Sequence record: SRR20825006_1111
DNA length: 36,412 bases
Direction: 5' to 3' (one strand)
Part shown: piece by piece, positions 36,065-36,412 of the stretch
Layout: the number at the start of each line of letters is the position of its first letter
Numbering within the stretch: the stretch's first letter is position 1
The notes under the pieces: model-generated
Databases searched by the model: none
What the model saw: the letters and a program-made list of their open reading frames with translations, nothing else
Told to the model about the DNA's origin: nothing
Made by a program: the position numbers and the translations under genes

Positions 36065-36412
36065 TCAGCCCTGGCGCCCGAGCTTCGGGCTGCTCGGCAG
36101 ATTAACGATCCGATCCACCAGCTTTTCCGTCACCGCAAGCGATGCCCTTGGGCATTCACTGTTGAAGGAAAGTTCATGCATCGGCGTCCAGCAGGGCCGG
36201 GCCTGAATGCCGTCCCCGTTCAACGCCTCCAGCAGAGCTTCACGCGCGGCCCGGTCGGGCACCATGACCACGTTGAGCCAGTAATTGCTGACACAGCCTT
36301 CCGGCTGGCTGAAGAACTCTACATCCGGGACAGTAGCCAGCGCCGCACGATACCGCTCCGCCAACGCCCGCTTCTCCGACAGGAATTGCGGCAGCATCTC
36401 GAACTGGGCACA
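36065..36412 (-). CDS. legC: C-terminal part of a DegT/DnrJ/EryC1/StrS aminotransferase, LegC-like (starts beyond the right edge)
   Basis: KRALAERY, SNYWLN, RPCWTPMHEL, RIVNLPSS. Directly upstream of neuC, as in legionaminic acid operons. Confidence 0.78.
   Translation of the reverse strand, partial: CAQFEMLPQFLSEKRALAERYRAALATVPDVEFFSQPEGCVSNYWLNVVMVPDRAAREALLEALNGDGIQARPCWTPMHELSFNSECPRASLAVTEKLVDRIVNLPSSPKLGRQG

Overview
GC-rich alphaproteobacterial-type (Rhodospirillales-like, inferred) chromosomal window with two parts. (1) 1-3.7 kb: a translationally coupled methionine operon on the minus strand, sahR-metF-[degenerate homocysteine-methyltransferase paralogue]-metH (truncated at the window edge), with a palindromic SahR-type operator in its promoter. 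(2) 3.8-36.4 kb: a large glycosylation island with about 14 apparently soluble glycosyltransferases, five of them TPR+GT-B fusions of FlmG/GT9-like architecture. It also encodes nonulosonate (legionaminic-type) pathway genes (legC-like, neuC, neuA-like), an FkbM methyltransferase, an SDR epimerase, a Gfo/Idh/MocA dehydrogenase, an atypical DAH7P/KDO8P-synthase-family enzyme, a PrtD/PrtE-type type I secretion system and a cargo-less, Ser/Thr-rich 542-aa RTX beta-roll protein. No flagellin, Wzx/Wzy/Wzm/Wzt or priming transferase is visible. The best hypothesis (inference) is a cytoplasmic protein O-glycosylation system that decorates a T1SS-exported RTX surface protein with ulosonic-acid glycans. 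A low-GC, possibly exchangeable glycan cassette lies between the T1SS and RTX genes. No rRNA, tRNA, CRISPR or mobile element was recognised.
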